A stretch of 64,000 nucleotides of DNA, taken from NCBI GenBank assembly GCA_043797085.1, contig JAZDQA010000011.1, forward strand, positions 1 to 64,000. The letters run 5' to 3'. Below the pieces are notes generated by a model, which ran no database searches, was not told the DNA's origin, and saw nothing but the letters and a program-made list of their open reading frames with translations. The position numbers were made by a program, and so were the translations under genes. Below, piece after piece: positions 51,537 to 61,351 of this stretch (its first letter is position 1; each line of letters begins with the position of its first letter). The stretch comes from Pseudomonadota bacterium. Lineage in GTDB: Bacteria > Campylobacterota > Campylobacteria > Campylobacterales > Sulfurimonadaceae.

Positions 51537-52225
51537 TGACAAACGGTATTGCGATTTCGGTCAATACGGCGCAACGACTCTACTGGTTTGGTCGGTATGT
51601 ACAACGTGCGGAAACGATGCTCAAAGAGTTGGTAAACAGTTATGATTATGTCATCGATCGAGATATAGATGATGGACGTAAACTTTATGCCAAATTGGGT
51701 GTTAAGATCGAGTATAAAAATGCGCTCGATTTTCTCAAGCAGGGTGTTTATGGAACGTACGGCGGAAGTGTTGAGCAAATCATCAGCTGGGCGCGTGAAA
51801 ATGCGATAGAATCACGTCATTTACTTGATGAGAGAGGTTTTTCCACCCTCAATAAAATTCATAATCAGCTAGTAGCAGGACGAGATGATGCGGTAAGTCC
51901 AAGTAATCTCGAAGAGATTATTGATAACTGCAGTTTGATTTTGGGGATATTTTCGACGGAACTTGATCGAACTCAAGCGTATCAATTGATCCGTTTTGGG
52001 CAACAAATCGAACGTTTTGATTTGATTCTTCGGATGTATGGCGAGATTGAGATGGTAACGGCTGATATTGATGTGATTAATAGCATTGCCAGACAGTTAA
52101 ATCGCAATTATCGACCGATTAATGTAACGACTTCAGATATTCCGAAATTTTTGGTATTTCTCAACAGTGTTGTTGATCGGGTCATTGTCAAAGAGACTTG
52201 CTTAACACAATCACAAGAACAGTAG
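51533..52225 (+). CDS. Alpha-E domain protein
   Basis: LYWFGRYVQRAE, ARENA, GQQIER.D; coupled to the ATP-grasp gene. Confidence 0.85.
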   Translation: MMTNGIAISVNTAQRLYWFGRYVQRAETMLKELVNSYDYVIDRDIDDGRKLYAKLGVKIEYKNALDFLKQGVYGTYGGSVEQIISWARENAIESRHLLDERGFSTLNKIHNQLVAGRDDAVSPSNLEEIIDNCSLILGIFSTELDRTQAYQLIRFGQQIERFDLILRMYGEIEMVTADIDVINSIARQLNRNYRPINVTTSDIPKFLVFLNSVVDRVIVKETCLTQSQEQ

Positions 52226-52233
52226 GAGAAAAT

Positions 52234-53178
52234 ATGGGCGTTATTGAAGAAGTTTTTACCATTGAGCTCCCTGTAGGGGAAAATTTTAGAATTCAGCGCT
52301 GTAGGTATACTTCTCCCAATGCAAAAGCTAAAAATGAAAAAAGAATCTCTATTGTCAGCGGCATCCACGGCGATGAACTAGAGGGGCAATATGTCTGTTT
52401 TTTACTCGGTGAGTGGCTACGTGCCAATGGTGATAAAATCAAAGGGACGATAGATATTTATCCCGCTATTAATTCGTTAGGGCTTGACAGTATCACACGT
52501 TCTATCCCTTTTTACGATGTTGATCTAAATCGTACCTTTCCGGGAAGCAAAAACGATTTTCTCCCTGCTCAGATTGCTGATGGTGTAGTGGATGTGATGC
52601 GTGGGAGCGATTTTGCTATTGATATTCACTCCAGTAATGTCTTTTTACGCGAAATTCCTCAAGTACGTATCGCAAAAGCGCAAGAAGCATCGTTAGTTCC
52701 TCTGGCAAATTTACTTAATATCGATTTTGTGTGGGTGCATGATGCGGTAACGGTTTTGGAATCGACTTTTGCCCATGCTATGAATACAATCGGTACGAAA
52801 ACATTGGTCGTTGAGATGGGTGTAGGGATGCGCTTAGGACATGCGTACGGTCATCAATTGCTCAAAGGTCTTTTAAATCTTATGGCACACGAAGGGATTC
52901 TCGATATTGAACCCCTTGATGTCCGTTTTCCGATACAGTCCCATGTGGGCGAAGTAGCATATCTCAATGCCTCATGTCCCGGATTGTTTGTTCCTGCCAT
53001 AGAGCATTGTCAAATGATTGTCAAAGGAGACGTTGTCGGGCACATTGTGAGTGCTTTGAGTGGTGAAGTGATGGATGAAGTGATAGCTCCGATAGGGGGC
53101 ATACTTTTTACCCTTAGAGCTTATCCTATCGTATACGAGGGTTCATTGCTTGGACGGATTTTTGGAGAAAAACAATGA
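52234..53178 (+). CDS. M14 succinylglutamate desuccinylase/aspartoacylase-family peptidase (intact site)
   Basis: GIHGDE, DLNRTFPG, DIHS, VEMG. Confidence 0.88.
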   Translation: MGVIEEVFTIELPVGENFRIQRCRYTSPNAKAKNEKRISIVSGIHGDELEGQYVCFLLGEWLRANGDKIKGTIDIYPAINSLGLDSITRSIPFYDVDLNRTFPGSKNDFLPAQIADGVVDVMRGSDFAIDIHSSNVFLREIPQVRIAKAQEASLVPLANLLNIDFVWVHDAVTVLESTFAHAMNTIGTKTLVVEMGVGMRLGHAYGHQLLKGLLNLMAHEGILDIEPLDVRFPIQSHVGEVAYLNASCPGLFVPAIEHCQMIVKGDVVGHIVSALSGEVMDEVIAPIGGILFTLRAYPIVYEGSLLGRIFGEKQ

Positions 53179-54137
53179 AACGATTTGATATAGTAACCCT
53201 AGAATCCCCCAACCGAGCACCTTTAAGAATTGAAGGCTTTTTATTTGGTGAAGAAAATACGAAAGGTCCTTCTATCGCAATCGTCGGTGCTATGAGCGGT
53301 GATCATATCAATCAGCTTTATGTTGCATCCGGATTGGTTGAGTATTTGCGTATCAAAGAAGAAGAGGGGAAGATTAGCGGACGAATTCTCGTTATCCCTG
53401 CCGTCAATGCCTATGCTCTTAATATGGGAGAAAAAAACTGGCCACTCGATAAAACAGATCTCAATATGATGTTTCCCGGATATGCGCAGGGTGAAACGAC
53501 TCAGCGCATTGCATCACGGCTTTTTGATGAGCTCAAAGGGTATGATTACGGAATTATTTTAGAAGGTCGTCGTGATCAGGGGATGTGTCTCCCATACGTC
53601 AAGCTCATTCAAAGTGGTTATGAAGATTTAGAGTGTGTCAAAGATTTGGGGATGGGTTTTGTCCATTATCGTCCTCATGAACCTATTGAAACGGCTATGC
53701 TTCAGTATAACTGGCAATTGTGGGAAACGAAAGCTTTTTCGATTGTTTTTGGTAAAAATGGATCCATTGATCAAAATGATACGGATCAAGTTCATACCGC
53801 AATTGTGAGATTTCTGTCAAAACGTGATATCCTTGATTTTCATGTTTTTGAAGGACATAAAAGTAATATTCTGGATCCTAATCGTATAACAATAGTCAAA
53901 GCATCACGTGCAGGAATTTTTATTTCCAAAGTGCATTGCGGTTCATCCATTAAAAAAGGTGAAGTTGTAGGGGTGATTATGGACGCATTGAGCGGCAAAA
54001 AACTCGAAAAAATGCTTTCGCCTTGTGAGGGGATTGTTACGTGCCAATATTCTCATCCACTTATTTTTCAAAATTCGATTGCTTTTCGAATTGCATCCGT
54101 AGAATTGTGTTGTCAAATCGACACTAAACGGGAATAG
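53175..54137 (+). CDS. M14 AstE/AspA-like protein with degenerate active site
   Basis: Paralogous layout, but MSGDH, DLNMMFPG and ILEG replace the Zn/Arg residues. Confidence 0.8.
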   Translation: MKRFDIVTLESPNRAPLRIEGFLFGEENTKGPSIAIVGAMSGDHINQLYVASGLVEYLRIKEEEGKISGRILVIPAVNAYALNMGEKNWPLDKTDLNMMFPGYAQGETTQRIASRLFDELKGYDYGIILEGRRDQGMCLPYVKLIQSGYEDLECVKDLGMGFVHYRPHEPIETAMLQYNWQLWETKAFSIVFGKNGSIDQNDTDQVHTAIVRFLSKRDILDFHVFEGHKSNILDPNRITIVKASRAGIFISKVHCGSSIKKGEVVGVIMDALSGKKLEKMLSPCEGIVTCQYSHPLIFQNSIAFRIASVELCCQIDTKRE

Positions 54138-54225
54138 TAGTGGGAATATAAAAATTAAATTACATTTTCAGTTTAAGAATATAAAGTTATAATTTGACAC
54201 TTTTCTTTTTAAGGTGTTTTAATTA

Positions 54226-56247
54226 ATGAAAACATATACAACTTATAAACGTTTGATTGCAAAAACGGTGATTTTATCATTATTGGCAAGTTTGGCGATT
54301 GCATTCGTATATGGAATTTATATTAAACAGCGTGCCATTGATCAACTTGCACGAGTTGATGCTCGCAAAACAAGCCGTTTAGCTTTTGAAGCACTTTACT
54401 CTGCTATGGAAAAAGGGTGGAGCAAGAAAGAACTTGATTCAATTATTCTTCGTTTAAATCAAGTTGAGCCCAATATGCACATCAGTGCATATCGAAGTCC
54501 TGTTGTAGCAGAGCTGTTTGGCGATAGGAAGAAGGATAAACAAGTACGAGAACATGATCCGGTAGTTGCACGAGCAATGTTAGGTGAAGAGATTCTAAGC
54601 GGGGATGAAGAAATCCGTTACCTTTATCCTATTATTGTTAAGCAAGAATGTATTTCCTGTCATACCAATGCAAAAATAGGGGATGTTAACGGTGTTCTCG
54701 ATGTCCGTTTTCCTGTGGCAAATCTGAAAATATCTTTAACGACAATGGTTAATTCCTTTATTATCTTTTTTGTCTTTTTTACGATCCTTATCTTTGCTAT
54801 TTTGTATTTCAGGCTCAATACTTTGCTTGTGCAGCCGATTAATCAGTTTATTGGATTAATCCAAGAAATTATTAACAAAAATGATATGGCAAAGAGAGTC
54901 AGTCTCAAAACAAAAATACTTGAAGTTAAAAATATCGAAAATTTTTTCAATAAAATGCTCGACTCAATTCAAGACTATTATGAAAAGCTTCAAGAACTTT
55001 CGGATCGTGATTATCTTACGGGACTTTATAATCGTCGAAAATTTGAAGAGTTTCTTTCGTATGAGATTCTTCGCTCATTGCGTCATCACCATAAATTTAC
55101 AGTTATTATGATTGATTTAGATAATTTTAAATACATTAATGACACCTATGGTCATGCATCAGGGGATTTAGTACTTAAGGAAGTAACAGATATTTTCAAA
55201 CATAATCTTCGTAATGCTGATATTTTAGCTCGTTTGGGAGGTGATGAATTTGCTATTATTTTGCCAGAAACCCCCTACGAAAACGGTTATGTTGTGATTG
55301 AAAAACTTCGCTCACGTTTAGAGTCTTCTACAATTTCATTGATGATTGACCAAATATCACTGACAGCCAGTTTTGGAATTGCTGAATATCCAGATCAGGG
55401 GGAGAATATCGAGTCATTATTGACCGGATCAGATTTAGCAATGTATAAAGCTAAAAAATCGGGAAAAAATACCATCGCCCGTGCTGATCAAAATGATCAG
55501 GAAATTGCAGCAGAGATGCAGAAAAAAGGAGAATTTATCCGCCGTGCAATCGATGAAGATCGTATTGAGCCCTTTTTTCAACCCATATATGATATTCGTA
55601 CTAATAAGCTCTTCGGATATGAAGTACTCGCCCGTATACGTGACGGTCAGCGTTATATGGCAGCCGGACAATTTATAGAAATTGCGGAGAGTCTTGGATT
55701 GGCTTCAAGAATTGATCATATCGTATTAGCCAAAGGGCTTGAAGCAAGAGCAAGATTAACAATGTGGGACAAAAAATTCTTTTTTAATCTCTCAAGCCAT
55801 AGTCTTTTTACAGGAGATTATGTTTCAATAATTAAAGAACATTGCACACAAAATCCTCACGCAACCGTGGAAACGAATGTTGTAATTGAAATCTTAGAGA
55901 GGGAAGCAATTCATAATGTCAATGCTCTAATAACTATTATTGAAGAGACAAAAGAACAGGGAATAGGGTTTGCGCTGGATGATTTTGGCTCCGGCTTTTC
56001 ATCGTTTGTTTATTTGAAATATTTTGATACCAATTATGTCAAAATTGATGGCGAATTTGTCAAAAATATTGTCGTTAACGAGAAAGACCGTATTTTTGTC
56101 AAGCATATCAATCAAATTTCACAGGAGTTTGGTAAAGAGACGATTGCTGAATATGTAGAGGATGAAGAGACATTAATGGTACTCAAGGAGCTTGGAGTCA
56201 ACTATGCGCAAGGATATTACCTCGGAAAACCGAACCAGTTGAGCTAA
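54226..56247 (+). CDS. Diguanylate cyclase/phosphodiesterase with periplasmic c-type heme motif
   Basis: Two TM segments flank CISCH; intact GGDEF; EVLAR, DDFGSG, QGY. Confidence 0.9.
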   Translation: MKTYTTYKRLIAKTVILSLLASLAIAFVYGIYIKQRAIDQLARVDARKTSRLAFEALYSAMEKGWSKKELDSIILRLNQVEPNMHISAYRSPVVAELFGDRKKDKQVREHDPVVARAMLGEEILSGDEEIRYLYPIIVKQECISCHTNAKIGDVNGVLDVRFPVANLKISLTTMVNSFIIFFVFFTILIFAILYFRLNTLLVQPINQFIGLIQEIINKNDMAKRVSLKTKILEVKNIENFFNKMLDSIQDYYEKLQELSDRDYLTGLYNRRKFEEFLSYEILRSLRHHHKFTVIMIDLDNFKYINDTYGHASGDLVLKEVTDIFKHNLRNADILARLGGDEFAIILPETPYENGYVVIEKLRSRLESSTISLMIDQISLTASFGIAEYPDQGENIESLLTGSDLAMYKAKKSGKNTIARADQNDQEIAAEMQKKGEFIRRAIDEDRIEPFFQPIYDIRTNKLFGYEVLARIRDGQRYMAAGQFIEIAESLGLASRIDHIVLAKGLEARARLTMWDKKFFFNLSSHSLFTGDYVSIIKEHCTQNPHATVETNVVIEILEREAIHNVNALITIIEETKEQGIGFALDDFGSGFSSFVYLKYFDTNYVKIDGEFVKNIVVNEKDRIFVKHINQISQEFGKETIAEYVEDEETLMVLKELGVNYAQGYYLGKPNQLS

Positions 56248-56249
56248 GG

Positions 56250-56693
56250 TTAGCTCAATAGTTTTTTAGCACACTCGTTGATTCGTTTTCCATCGGCTTG
56301 AGCTCCAAGTGTTTTAGAAGCGGCACCCATTATTTTTCCAATTTCTTTTATTGAAGCGGCACCTACTTCGGTGATGATAGCACGCAGTGCACTTTCTAAT
56401 TCGTCATCACTGAGCTGCTTGGGTAAGTATGCTTCAAAAATCAGTGCTTCGGATGCCTCTTGCTCATACAAATCATCCCGTCCTGCACTTTTGTACTGTG
56501 TCATTGCGTCGTAACGCTGCTTGACTTGTTTTTGAATGATTTTGATAACATCCTCATCCGTTAGTTCTTTACGCTCATCGATTTCAATTTGTTTCATAGC
56601 GCTGCTTAGAAGACGCAATGCGTCACGAACAGCATTCTCTTTTGCTTTCATCGCGGTTTTAATATCGTTGTTAATTTGTTCTCGTAATGACAT
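56250..56693 (-). CDS. GatB/YqeY domain protein
   Basis: DIKTAMKAK, YLPKQLS, GKIMG, ADGK. Confidence 0.92.
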   Translation of the reverse strand: MSLREQINNDIKTAMKAKENAVRDALRLLSSAMKQIEIDERKELTDEDVIKIIQKQVKQRYDAMTQYKSAGRDDLYEQEASEALIFEAYLPKQLSDDELESALRAIITEVGAASIKEIGKIMGAASKTLGAQADGKRINECAKKLLS

Positions 56694-56750
56694 AGGTACC
56701 CTTTGGAACTATTTTTGCTTATTATAGCTAAATAATCATCGGGATGGGCT

Positions 56751-57467
56751 ATGCGATTATCACTCTATTTTTCAGTATTAGCGGCGTCATTGTTACTTAG
56801 TGGATGTACTGCCAAGCTCACAGAACCTGAAATCACGTTTACTCCTCCGAAATATGTTGAAGAGATGCCCTCACGTGAAGAGGAGAGCAGTTTTACTTCT
56901 CAGGGAAGTTTGTTCGGGCAGGGTGACAGTCCTCTTTTTTCGGATCATAAAGCGATGCATGTTAATGATATTGTTACCGTCGTAATCTCAGAAACAGCCA
57001 CGAGCTCAAATAAAGCAAGTAAAGCATTAAGTGAAGCGGATGCACTTGGGCTGGGCGGTGGTGCTTTTACCTCTGTAGGGCAAAATTCAGCAGTTAATGC
57101 TGCAGTTGGAAAGCTCAACGGAGCGGCTAATATTGGATTTACGGGTGGGTCAACATCCAGTTATAGCGGATCCGGTGCTGCAACTAAAAATGCTTCATTT
57201 ACAACGACCGTATCGGCACGTATTGTAAAAGTAATGTCCAACGGGAATTATTTTATTGTAGGACGTCGAGAAATCATGGTTGATGATCAGAAACAAGTTA
57301 TGCAACTAAGCGGAGTGATCCGTCCTTATGATATTGATCAAAATAATCAAATTAATTCTGCAAAAGTTTCGGATGCCAAAATACTGTATGCAAATGAAGG
57401 TGATGTAGACCGCTCAGTTAACCGAGGCTGGGGAAGCAAGCTTATCGAAACCATTTGGCCGTTTTGA
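56751..57467 (+). CDS. flgH: Flagellar L-ring protein
   Basis: Lipobox LSGC, SGVIRPYDI, ends in WPF. Confidence 0.92.
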   Translation: MRLSLYFSVLAASLLLSGCTAKLTEPEITFTPPKYVEEMPSREEESSFTSQGSLFGQGDSPLFSDHKAMHVNDIVTVVISETATSSNKASKALSEADALGLGGGAFTSVGQNSAVNAAVGKLNGAANIGFTGGSTSSYSGSGAATKNASFTTTVSARIVKVMSNGNYFIVGRREIMVDDQKQVMQLSGVIRPYDIDQNNQINSAKVSDAKILYANEGDVDRSVNRGWGSKLIETIWPF

Positions 57468-57491
57468 TTGTATTTGAACGGAAGTGATTTT

Positions 57492-58709
57492 TTACCTAAT
57501 CACTTGCAGTGGATCGATATGGGCATTGCGTTGGGTTACTTGGAACATAAGTTCACGACCTACGCGTCCGATGATAGAGCCTTGTTTTAGGCGCTGACCT
57601 ACTACTACGGTGGGAGCGATTTTATCAAGGTGCGCATAGATGGTATGAAGTCCGTTATCGTGTTCGATGATAATAACGTTTTCAAGCATGGCGGTAGGTT
57701 TAGCAAGAATAACCTTACCGTTTAGAATGGCTTTAACTTTTGCATCCGAATCGGTTGGACGCAGTGAAACGGATTCATTGTATATTTTTATGCCATACAC
57801 GGGATCTGTATAGGGACCAAAACGTTTGGTAACGACATATCCATCAAGAGGCGCGATGGTGCGTTCACCGCTGTACGCTGCAGTATTTGAGGGTTGATAC
57901 TTAGAGATAGCTTCTCTGGCTCCTGCCGGTAGAGGTTTTGAGCCAGGTTTTTGAACGACAAGCGCAGGAGGAGCTTTTTTCGGCTTCATTGCCTCACGCT
58001 TGATGATATTCAAACTTGCGAGAGTATTTTGAAGCGAACGCTGTTGGTTTAGGATGTGACCAAGAGAGCGTTTGTACTCATTTTTTTCTTTTTCCAAGAG
58101 GGCAATGGCTTTTTCATTTTCTTGTTTGGTTGCGATGACCGTTTGTTTTTGCTTGTCAATAACGGCAATGGATTGCTTTAAGACGGTTGTTTGACTGGAA
58201 AGAGAAGAGATTTTTTCGGCATTTTCACCAAAAATAAAATTGAGCTCTTTGATTTCAGAATTGATTTGTTTGAGATGCAGCTTGAGTGCTTCTTCTGTGA
58301 TAATCGTATTGGCTTCTTTGGCGCGATCATCATTGATGAGTAAGGATATAGAAGTATTTCGAGCAATGGCAAAGACAAGCTTTTGTTCAATCTCATTTTG
58401 TGTTTTTACTAAGAGATCTTGTTGGGTTTGCAGCCCGTGAAGGCTTTGTTTGTTCGATTGATAAACATTTTCTTTACTTTGCAGTTCGTTTACGAGGGTG
58501 TTGATACGCTGTTGCTGCGCTCCAACTATTTGGCGTTGAAGGATAATTTTATTGGCAGTTGCTGCGAGTTTCGCATTGAGTGAGGTATAGGTTTGCTTGG
58601 TCTCGCTTAACTTAGATGCAGTTGTTTTGATCCGTTCATCGATTTTAGCCCCGTTGAGAGAGAGCGCTAAAAAAGAGGCAAGAATAAGAGAACTAGAGAA
58701 ACGAACCAT
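57492..58709 (-). CDS. EnvC-like M23 murein hydrolase activator
   Basis: Long coiled coil plus degenerate M23 domain (TIYAHL); downstream of ftsEX. Confidence 0.85.
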   Translation of the reverse strand: MVRFSSSLILASFLALSLNGAKIDERIKTTASKLSETKQTYTSLNAKLAATANKIILQRQIVGAQQQRINTLVNELQSKENVYQSNKQSLHGLQTQQDLLVKTQNEIEQKLVFAIARNTSISLLINDDRAKEANTIITEEALKLHLKQINSEIKELNFIFGENAEKISSLSSQTTVLKQSIAVIDKQKQTVIATKQENEKAIALLEKEKNEYKRSLGHILNQQRSLQNTLASLNIIKREAMKPKKAPPALVVQKPGSKPLPAGAREAISKYQPSNTAAYSGERTIAPLDGYVVTKRFGPYTDPVYGIKIYNESVSLRPTDSDAKVKAILNGKVILAKPTAMLENVIIIEHDNGLHTIYAHLDKIAPTVVVGQRLKQGSIIGRVGRELMFQVTQRNAHIDPLQVIR

Positions 58710-59522
58710 TTATTCTTCTTCGCTGTTAAACATAACGATGGTAAACGTAAGGACTATTGAAATTCCAAGTGAAATAGCTAATGAGCGCAGTGAATCATGT
58801 ACAAAATTAAAAAGTTCAACACTTATTCCTATCTCTTTGAGAGGCAGTGCTAAAATAGCATAGTAATCAATGATAAAAAATGCTAAACACAAAATCATCG
58901 TTGCAATAATGGCATCCACGATAGCAAGACGGAAAAGCACAGCAGAACGAAGCCAAACCGGTGCTCCAAAAAGTGCCATGATGTTCATTCGCTCTGCATG
59001 CTGAAACTGCCACAGACGCATCTCTTTTAGGATGAGCAATGAGGTTACAGCAGCAATAGCAATAGAGAAAACTTGAACGACATCTTTGAAAAGAATCATC
59101 AGTTTGTAGACGGTATCGTGTGTTTGAGAAAATCCCTCTACCCGCTCAATGGCACTGTTCTTTTGAAGCTTTTTCTGAAGAGTATTGATCTCCTTTGGAG
59201 TTGGAAAACGATTAAGATAGATACGATAAAACTTAGGTAAAGTAAGTTTTAAGAGAGCAAGATTTTTTTCGCTCATCTCTCCTTTTAGTCTTTCTAAAAC
59301 TTGTGAAGTGCTAATAGGTTCACTTCGCTCGATCATCGAACTCATGTTTTTAAATTCTTCCGGCGTAAAGGCTTTGTTGGCAACAACAATAACAGAATAA
59401 TCGTTTTTTAGGTGAGATTCGTATGCTGCGATTGTGCGATCAACGGCTACGTAAATTTGAACAGATGCTAGAACTGTGAAAAGGGCGATGATGAGAGAAA
59501 TGTGATTTTTAAGGGATTTCAT
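58710..59522 (-). CDS. ftsX: Cell division permease FtsX
   Basis: TM layout, IMALFGA, position next to ftsE. Confidence 0.82.
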   Translation of the reverse strand: MKSLKNHISLIIALFTVLASVQIYVAVDRTIAAYESHLKNDYSVIVVANKAFTPEEFKNMSSMIERSEPISTSQVLERLKGEMSEKNLALLKLTLPKFYRIYLNRFPTPKEINTLQKKLQKNSAIERVEGFSQTHDTVYKLMILFKDVVQVFSIAIAAVTSLLILKEMRLWQFQHAERMNIMALFGAPVWLRSAVLFRLAIVDAIIATMILCLAFFIIDYYAILALPLKEIGISVELFNFVHDSLRSLAISLGISIVLTFTIVMFNSEEE

Positions 59523-60180
59523 TGATGTTTCCAAACTCAATATGATAATGTTTATAGGGGACTTTTAGCCCCTCTGGAATGTGGTGCGTCACGACAACGA
59601 CGGTTGTTTTCAGCTGGGTATTTGCCCCTTCAAGAAGACTCCAGATTACTGAGGACGAGTAGTCATCGAGGTTACCTGTGGGTTCATCGGCGAGAATAAG
59701 AATAGGGTTGTGCGCAAGAGCCCGCGCCATAGCAACACGTTGCTGCTCTCCCCCACTAAGCTCAGGAGGGTATTTCCCTGCTTGATGGGTTAGTTTTACG
59801 TGACCCAAAAGTTTTTGTACTTGAGCGCCGCTTACATCACCGGTATAACCCGAAATGATGAGGGGAAGCATCACGTTTTTTTCAATCGTCCATTCGTTAA
59901 TGAGCTTATAGTCTTGGAAGACGATACCGATGTGACGACGTAAGAAATTAAGCTTTGAGGTGCTGATACGGTTCATCTTCACCCCTCCGACACTTAAGTT
60001 TCCTTGACGCGGTTCAATGGCACCGTAAAACGATTTAAGGAGTGTTGATTTACCGCTGCCACTTGCACCGGTAATAAAGACAAAGCTTCCGGAATCAATA
60101 CTGAAAGAGGCTTTTGAGATGATGGTTTCAAACTCTTTATACGAGAGTGAAAGGTTTTCGGCAACTATTACTTTATCCAT
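59509..60180 (-). CDS. ftsE: Cell division ATP-binding protein FtsE
   Basis: [32 protein letters not shown]. Confidence 0.9.
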   Translation of the reverse strand: MDKVIVAENLSLSYKEFETIISKASFSIDSGSFVFITGASGSGKSTLLKSFYGAIEPRQGNLSVGGVKMNRISTSKLNFLRRHIGIVFQDYKLINEWTIEKNVMLPLIISGYTGDVSGAQVQKLLGHVKLTHQAGKYPPELSGGEQQRVAMARALAHNPILILADEPTGNLDDYSSSVIWSLLEGANTQLKTTVVVVTHHIPEGLKVPYKHYHIEFGNINEIP

Positions 60181-61348
60181 GGAGTAGCTCGTCAAGTAAG
60201 ATATGGGCTTTTAGGTTTGTGCTGGAACGGACGGGAACGGTTGGAAAATATCGGGCTTTTCCCTCTTTAACGATTAAATAAAGGTGTTCAGGTCGGTCAA
60301 AACTTCCCATTGCAAGTCGAATCATCCATCCTCCGTCGTGTATATCAAAACTAGCTTCTGCGTTTAAAAATCCCCATTCACGGCGATAAGTCTGACGCTC
60401 TATTTTCGGTAGTATAGCATCATTAATCGGTGTTTTAGAGAATATAAATTCTCCTTCGAGTCTTTTTTCAGGACTTTCTAAGTCGTTAATGAGAGTAACA
60501 TCATAAATATTTTTTTCCATCTTTTTCCAACGGTCTTCATATTTGCTGGTGATGGCAATCTCTTGATTTTTACGTACCTCAAAACTGACATGGAGCGGGT
60601 GCGAATAGGTTTCGAGTGCAAATCGATAGTAGTTTTCACTGTCTGTGCGCAGTTCAAGCCTTCCTTGTGGGGCTAATGCGCGAATCGCTTCCTCTACAAA
60701 CGCATCACCAATAACACGGCGGTGCGCTTTTTTGTCCCATGGAACAGGAAAGTGGACATAGATACGGTTCAAAGAATTGGATGGAACAAATTCTAAAAAA
60801 AGTCGGGCATCGTAATCCAAAATCATGATATTGGTCAAATTTTGGATGGTGATTTGTTTGAGCGCCTGTTCAATAGAGGGCTTATGAATCTCCAACCCGA
60901 TGAAAAGAACATCTGGATTGCTGATGGCTTGATGGAGCAGATGACGCGCTGATCCAAAACCCACTTCAAGACGTATTTCGCGTTCACGCGGGAAATCAGT
61001 AGCAAAAAAATCGACGGATTTTAGAGCATCGTGCTGTTTTAAGTGCACATTTTCACCTGCCGTATCGACATTGGAAGCTAAAATAGTGCTGCCAGAGTGA
61101 TTGGCATACGCGAGAAGGGCATGTTTGACCAAAAAATTTGGGCTTGGACGGGTGATTTTATCGCTTTTCAAAAGGTCTTTCTCACCGCTTTTTTTGTGCA
61201 GGATGAAAAATTCACGATCTTTATAGCGTGTTGCTATGAGTGTTTCTTTCCCTTCACCGCGAGAGAGAGCACTAAAGCCAAATGCTACATCCCCCTGTGA
61301 TGCAGGTAAGGAAACGTTACGAAATGAGTCTAAATGGAGATGCGGCAT
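60173..61348 (-). CDS. trmB: tRNA (guanine-N7)-methyltransferase
   Basis: LEVGFGS, HFPVPWDK..HRR, LRTDS, SKYE. Confidence 0.92.
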   Translation of the reverse strand: MPHLHLDSFRNVSLPASQGDVAFGFSALSRGEGKETLIATRYKDREFFILHKKSGEKDLLKSDKITRPSPNFLVKHALLAYANHSGSTILASNVDTAGENVHLKQHDALKSVDFFATDFPREREIRLEVGFGSARHLLHQAISNPDVLFIGLEIHKPSIEQALKQITIQNLTNIMILDYDARLFLEFVPSNSLNRIYVHFPVPWDKKAHRRVIGDAFVEEAIRALAPQGRLELRTDSENYYRFALETYSHPLHVSFEVRKNQEIAITSKYEDRWKKMEKNIYDVTLINDLESPEKRLEGEFIFSKTPINDAILPKIERQTYRREWGFLNAEASFDIHDGGWMIRLAMGSFDRPEHLYLIVKEGKARYFPTVPVRSSTNLKAHILLDELLHG

Positions 61349-61351
61349 AGG

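Noticed and set aside
42030..57467. Isolated flhA and flgH as a sign of rearrangement or a type III secretion system
   Set aside because: Scattered flagellar genes are normal in Campylobacterota, and both proteins are flagellar type.
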